A DNA stretch of 54,613 nt, counting the filler, from Jimgerdemannia flammicorona (taxonomy: Eukaryota): the NCBI GenBank assembly GCA_003990765.1. It is 2 parts of 2 records of this genome, joined end to end, with 100 filler letters (N's around TTAATTAATTAA, not from the genome) between each part and the next. Parts side by side here need not be neighbours in the genome. Positions count along the whole stretch, not along the records: positions 27,369 to 54,613 come from RBNJ01000647.1; 1 more part is not named here. One strand, written 5' to 3'. Both the position numbers and the translations under genes were made by a program. Under the pieces are notes generated by a model that worked only from the letters and a program-made list of their open reading frames with translations, did no database searches and was not told where the DNA came from. Shown here piece by piece: positions 48,801-54,613 of this stretch. How positions within the stretch are numbered: the stretch's first letter is position 1; every line of letters begins with the position of its first letter.

Positions 48801-51800
48801 AATGGTAATTATACTGGGTCCTTCTTCTGTATTCCAAGGGTCATTGTCTTCAGGTGGTGTCCAGCAAGGGTCATCTCAGGGAATGAGTTCAGGGACCTCT
48901 TCTTTATCAGGTGCTTCTTGTTCAGGAACTTCTTGGTTAGAAGTTTCTTATTCCTCAGATGATTCTTGACCCCAAATTGCTTGTACTTCTGCAGCTTCAG
49001 TTGCAGGTATTTCTGGAACATGTCTGCATTTCTTCTTCTTTCTTCTGCATTCCAGGTAGGCTGTGCCAGGCGATTTCCTTGTTCCCATGATCTTGGAGGA
49101 GTGCTCAGAACACTTGTGTCTCTTGAGACATGTAGGGTATCCTTTAATTTCTCCTACAATAGCTCCAATGGTAATAGGGATAGTGTTCTTGGCCCACACA
49201 TTATCTTCTGGTTGGTCATCCACTAGATTGATTCAGGGATTGAGTCTGGGATCATTTCCATCTTCAGATTCTTCCTCTTCTTCTGTGGTGGATTCTTCAC
49301 TACTAGCATACTCTTCCTGAATAGTGACCTTCTTCTTCTTCTTTGATTGCTCATAGCTAGTCACCTTAACTCTGTACTTCTTGCCTTAGTAGTCAAACTT
49401 GAGTACTTGTTGGCCAATATCAACAACTGCATTCATTTCCTTCATCTAGTTGGTACCAAGAATTATGTCATACATGACAGCTTCAGTGACAACAGCTTTA
49501 GGGATAGAGAACTGAATATGTCCAAGAGAGATGGTGATATTTTATACTTCTTCAAGGGATTGAGTTCAGGCTCCATCTGCTACTATGATGCTGAGGTTGG
49601 ATGGTCCATCAATGGACCATTGGAGGGTGTCCAGAAATTGTTTGGCAATGATACAGACAGCTGCTCCTGTGTCTATGAGGATCTTTACTTTTTGTCCTCC
49701 AATATCTTCATATAAATAGGTGCTGATATGTCTTTTGGCTACTTGGATAGGGATGGAAGCTAGTTCTTGCTGTGGGATTGGAACTTGGCCAGTGCTAGAC
49801 CTGGTGGTTCTCAGCAATTTGTTTTGGACTCCAGCTGGTGTCAGTTGCAAGAACTGCAGGAGAGGGACTTCCATCTTGACTTCTTGAATCTTCTGCCAGG
49901 CTTTATTGTAAATGTCTCTAGGTATGGTCTTCAGAGTGTACTTCTCCTTAGGCTTTAGAGCAGCAGGTTCCCATTCTTCTTGTTCCATTTCTTCATCTTC
50001 TAGTGGCAACTCATTTGTCTCAGGGACAAAAGATAAGGGGGTTCAGAGAGGTGTTTCTACTTGTTCCTCCTCATGTTCTTCATCCTCTTCTTGGATAATT
50101 CTTCTGCTGATGTTCCTGGATGGTCTTCCTATGGGTCTCTTTCTTTTCTCTGCTGGATAGACTATTTTCCAGGTTGTAACCCTAGTGGGGTATAAGTCTA
50201 GATCACTGTAGTCTTTACTATTACTTGCTTCTTTGAAATCTTCAACAGGATGGGCTTCAGTCTTCTTGTACTGAGTGTCATTCCTTTGGTTTAGTGGTTC
50301 TGAGTCCCTTTGGTCACTTTTTTTGTTGTCACATTCAGTGGCATAGTATCTGAATTGTCCACAGTAGAAGCATTGGACTTGGGCTCTGTCTTGGACAGGG
50401 TACCTTCTTTCTTCTTGCTGGTAATTTCTGTTATCTCTTGGTGGATAACCTTGGCTCCTCTGTGGTGGGTACCCTCTGTTGTTTTGGTAGTCTCGATTTT
50501 CACATGTAGTGAGTTTTTCAATCTGTCCAATCAATCGGTCTAACTTGGAGCTGAGGTCTTAGATTTCACTTCTGTTTTTCTTTCCTTTCTTAGCTGGCCT
50601 TCTTTTCTTGGATCTTTCTTGTCCTTGAAGGAGTCCTTGCAGGGCTTTGACCAGAATATCTTCTTTATCTTCCTTCTTATCATGATCACTCCAGATAGTT
50701 CTTTACCTAACATTGAAGAATCCTTGGGCTGTATCTACTTGTTCTTCAGACCTTCTGATGCCTAGGGTACAGACATGCTAGGCAATATTCAGGGGAATTC
50801 CATTCATGAAGGTCATTGGTCCTATGATGTCTTGATTAGTGGCATTAAACCTGGCAGAATGCATTCTCTTCTAGATTCTTGTGAAGAAGGCTCTGGGTGA
50901 TTCTCCAAGATTTATCTTCATTTCCATGATAGATTTCTGAGCCTTGTAGCAGGTTTTGTTTCCTGCATATTTTTCAATAAGCCAGTAAACCATGGCTTCA
51001 TATTCTAGCTTATCAGACATTGCTGCTTATATCTGTCTTACTAGTTCTGAATCTTGGTTGTTTGCTATTTGATGGAAAATTCCTCTAGCTGGTTCTCTGA
51101 GCTGAGCTTTGTAGATGGCGATTTTTCTTTCATCTGAGAGATTTCTCAAGGCTGTAATTCCTTCAATTCCATCAAGGAATTCTCTGGAGTCTTCCTCCAG
51201 GTATCCTGCAAAAGTTGGCAATGAGGTGGCCATTTCATTGTTACTTTCTTCTGATTCACTTTCTGAACTGTCACCAGAGATGGGAGTGCTTGGGTATCTC
51301 AAAGATGGTATTCTGGTCTTTGACCGGAGTGGAATAGGCCTAGGTATTCTTGTAGGAACTACTTCTGGTTCTGTAAGGGGTTGTGGTAAAGATTCTATTG
51401 GTGAGATTGGTGGGACTGGTGTGGAGTGTCTGGCTGTAAAGTATTGGATTCATGTGATAAAATCCTCTAGTTCTTGTGCAAGTTCTCCAAAATCTCTAGC
51501 AGGGCTGTCTGTATTGTCTGGTTGATCTGATTGGGAATTTCAGGCTATACTGCCTTCTGGTTCTGGTTGGGATCCTTCTGATACTGGGTAATTGGCAAGT
51601 CTTGAAGTGATTACTTCTCTTCCTGTCCAGATGCTGGTGATAACTGGTTCTCCTGTAGTAGCAGAGGTTGGTGTTGTATCAAATGTATCCAGTTTGACTG
51701 TGGGTTCTTGTGAGCTGAAAAGTCATGTTGATTTTAAAATCTTCCCAGTTGAGCCCCCAAATGTAATATGCCGGCTCAATGGAGACAAATTACAAGGTTG

Positions 51801-53219
51801 GGGATTAATGTAGCTTGGCTTGAGCCCTCAGTTATTTTGTCAAAAAGCAACAAAATGTTCTAAGATTCCTGAGGTCCTTAGTATTTAGTGGTATAATAGT
51901 CAAGAGCTGGATATCTGCGAGCAATTCTGGTGATTTTCTTATTGAGATGGTTCTCTGGGTGTAGCGGTGGTTTGTGTGAATGGGTTTCCTTCTTGGGTCA
52001 ACTGGAAATGGCAGAATTTGTATATAGCATGATGATCTTCAAAAGTGTGCAATTTCTGGGTAACAATCTTGTATAGCATGATGGTCTAGTAATTTAGTAG
52101 TTCTCCTTCTTAAGTGGTGGGCAATCTTCATGTAGTACAGCAGATTCCTTATATAGGATGTTCTGATAATTTGGCAGATAACTTGATTTGGCTCACTGGA
52201 AATTGTACAGCATGGGTTCTTATTACTGGAAATAGTGCTAGCAGTAGATTATCTGTATCGGGCTCACTGGGAACTATGAATAATTTGGAGGTCGCAGATT
52301 CTTCCTGAATTGGTAGGCTTCTGGGAATAATAACTCAGATGGCATGAATTCTTCCTGAATCAGCAGCTTCTGGGAATAATAACTTGGATGGCACAGATTC
52401 TTCCTGAATCAGTAGCTTCAACTGGGAATGTGGATAACTTGAGAATGGCAGCTTCAACTGGGAATTAACTTGGATTATGTAAGTTCTTCTAGATCGGGCT
52501 CTTCTGGGAATATAAACAACTGGTGGTATTCTTTGGAAAAGGGTCTCTTGGTAAAGTTATGTCAAAGACTGGCTTCATTTGTATGGGGTTATGTCATAGA
52601 CTGGCTCCACTGTGAAGTTGTATCAGAAACTGGCTTGAGCAAGGCAGCTTTCTTGGGAAGGTGGAGAATAACTTAGAAATGGTGGCTTATTCCTTAAGCA
52701 GTGGACTACTCAAATGGCAGCAAAGTTCTTCCTTGAACTTGGGTGGCAGACTCAGATTCTTCAGGTTCAATTCAGACTCATTCTTTGTATTAGAAAGTGG
52801 ACTGGAGTGGGGAAATAAGCTCACAATCTCCTAGTAGTGGCTGTAGAGTTCCTCTCGAAGTATGGTAGACAGACTTGTCTTTTGCTTCAATTTCAGACTA
52901 AGGTTTATTCACTCTTGTCTCTGGGGTAATTTATACATTATGGTTGCTATCTGGTTACTATGTGGCTAACTATAGATCTACTACTTATAGTAGGTATACA
53001 GAGTCTGTACAGTGTACAGGACCTGTACAGTGTATAGAGTCTGTATAGTGTACAGAGTCTGTACAGGTAAACAGACCCTTTCTGATATGTCTGGCTATTT
53101 ATATAGTTTTCCACAGCAATAGTTGCTGATTACTATACTGTGTGTTCATGTTATCTTGCCTAATTGTCTATGTCATCTGGTTAAGATATAATTTGGGTGA
53201 TACGTTTTGGTTTGTCACA
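45886..53219 (-). mobile_element. Second, inverted copy of the dUTPase gypsy family; RT deleted, 3' end missing
   Basis: Colinear reverse complement of 28538-36860. The LTR spans 51762-53219. A junction near 47200 removes RT and part of RNase H. Confidence 0.92.
51762..53219 (-). repeat. 5' LTR of second gypsy copy
   Basis: The minus strand begins TGTGACAAACC (53219) and ends ATTACA (51762), followed by the PBS. Confidence 0.9.
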
Positions 53220-54613
53220 ATAGTATAGTATAGATATGGTTTTTTTAGTAGTATGAGTGGGCAGAGAGAGTCTAGTAGAAGTTGACTACCAGATATGAGA
53301 GATGGAGAGTAGAGACCAATAAGCTTTTCTAATGAGATAAAAGTGAGGAGTTGGTCTGGAAGTACTTAGAATATTAAGTCTAAAGAGAAAGAGAAAGTAA
53401 ATACTGGAAGAGCTAATGGATTGATACTGGTCAGAGCTAGTATAGAGGCTAGTAGGACTATTGCTAAGAGTAGTATAATGAGAGATTTGAAAAAAAATTC
53501 CAGATATAACTGCTGATAGTAGGACTGAGCAAGTGGGGTATAAAGAGAAAGAAGATTTAGTAGATAGTATAATGAGCCTAGTAGTAGCTCTGTTACTCAA
53601 AAAGTTGATTTTCAAATTTGCTATCACTTTGTACTTCTGAGAACTAGTAGTGATAGCTAAGATAGTCTTGGGTCTGATTGTGAACCAGATGGCTAAAGTA
53701 GTCTCAGTGAAGTTCCTATAGAGGTTAGAGAATATTGAGGTAGATTTTGAGGAGATAGAGCTATTAGAGGAGATCTTGAGAACTGGATTGATAGTTGGAG
53801 AAGTAATAATACTAATAGCTTGGTATCAGAGATGAGATCTGAGAGAAGTTTAGCTTTTGGTAAAAGAGATATTTTTAATGATGGCTGTTGAGATGAAGAG
53901 GAGAGTAGAGAAGATTATAAAAGAGTATAATAATATAGTGAATATCAGATTTCAGATCTAGGAGGAGACTTTGTTCAGAACTAGGAATATAGATATTCAG
54001 CTCTAGCTTGCTGAGAGAGAGGCTATCAGAAAGACTCAGAACTGGCCTTTGATACTAATGTAAAGTATATTTATTTATAAGATAACAAGGATGAAAGAGA
54101 ATGAGAAAGAGAAGAAAAAATTGCTAGAGATACTAGAGGATCTAAGTAGAATAGTAGGATATCAGACAGTAGTATAGAAGGTCTATATAGTATTGATGTA
54201 CTTAGAGATAGTAAATGGTATATAGATAATGAGTAGCTTACTATTGAGTAGATATTAGTAGTATAAGTGAGGTTGGCTGAATACTGGCTATATATGTTTA
54301 AGAATAAGAGATAAATGTCTTTAGAGAAAAAGATAATAAAATGAGAGAGGATATTTTATCTGGCTGATGGAGGAAGTGGGGCCCTCAGAGAGATTATCAT
54401 CAGTATCTAGTAAAAAGGATATGAGAAGAGTAGTAGATAGGTTGTAGTAATTAATAATATAGTTATTTTTGAGAAGGTAGAGATAAGAGAGAAGAGTATA
54501 TTAAAGTAAGATAAGGTGAGGTAGATTGGATTGAGACTACTGGTATAGTATAAAAACTATATATTTATTATAGATTAGTTAATAAAGAAGTCTAGTATTT
54601 ATGGAAAAAAAAA
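53220..54613. other. Decayed repeat-derived sequence, unclassified
   Basis: AT-rich, nearly CpG-free and strand-skewed like the other old TE remnants. No motif could be read with confidence. Confidence 0.35.

Overview
Eukaryotic, intron-rich fungal DNA. Gene style and TE content suggest an early-diverging fungus, probably Mucoromycota (inference). Left part (1-27.2 kb): a Gbp2/Hrb1-like 3xRRM gene, a hypothetical gene, an NRBF2/Atg38-like gene, then a ~9.25 kb DNA transposon (13151-22404) bounded by terminal inverted repeats (TIRs), the divergent MRP20/UTP15 pair, and an SDR gene cut by an assembly gap. The transposon contains a decayed Sola-type transposase, two poly(A)-tailed retro-insertions with target-site duplications (TSDs), and an apparently intact multi-exon cargo gene with a PD-(D/E)xK nuclease-like C-terminus. 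The second intron of that gene holds two identical 122-nt, highly self-complementary repeats separated by a unique 36-nt spacer. This is the most unusual structure in the window. Right part (27.4-54.6 kb): a nest of CpG-depleted retroelements. It comprises a chromovirus remnant, a full-length dUTPase-bearing Ty3/gypsy element with an extra 3' ORF, an L1/Tx1-like LINE, and an RT-deleted inverted copy of the same gypsy family. All calls were made by eye, and exon boundaries are manual predictions.
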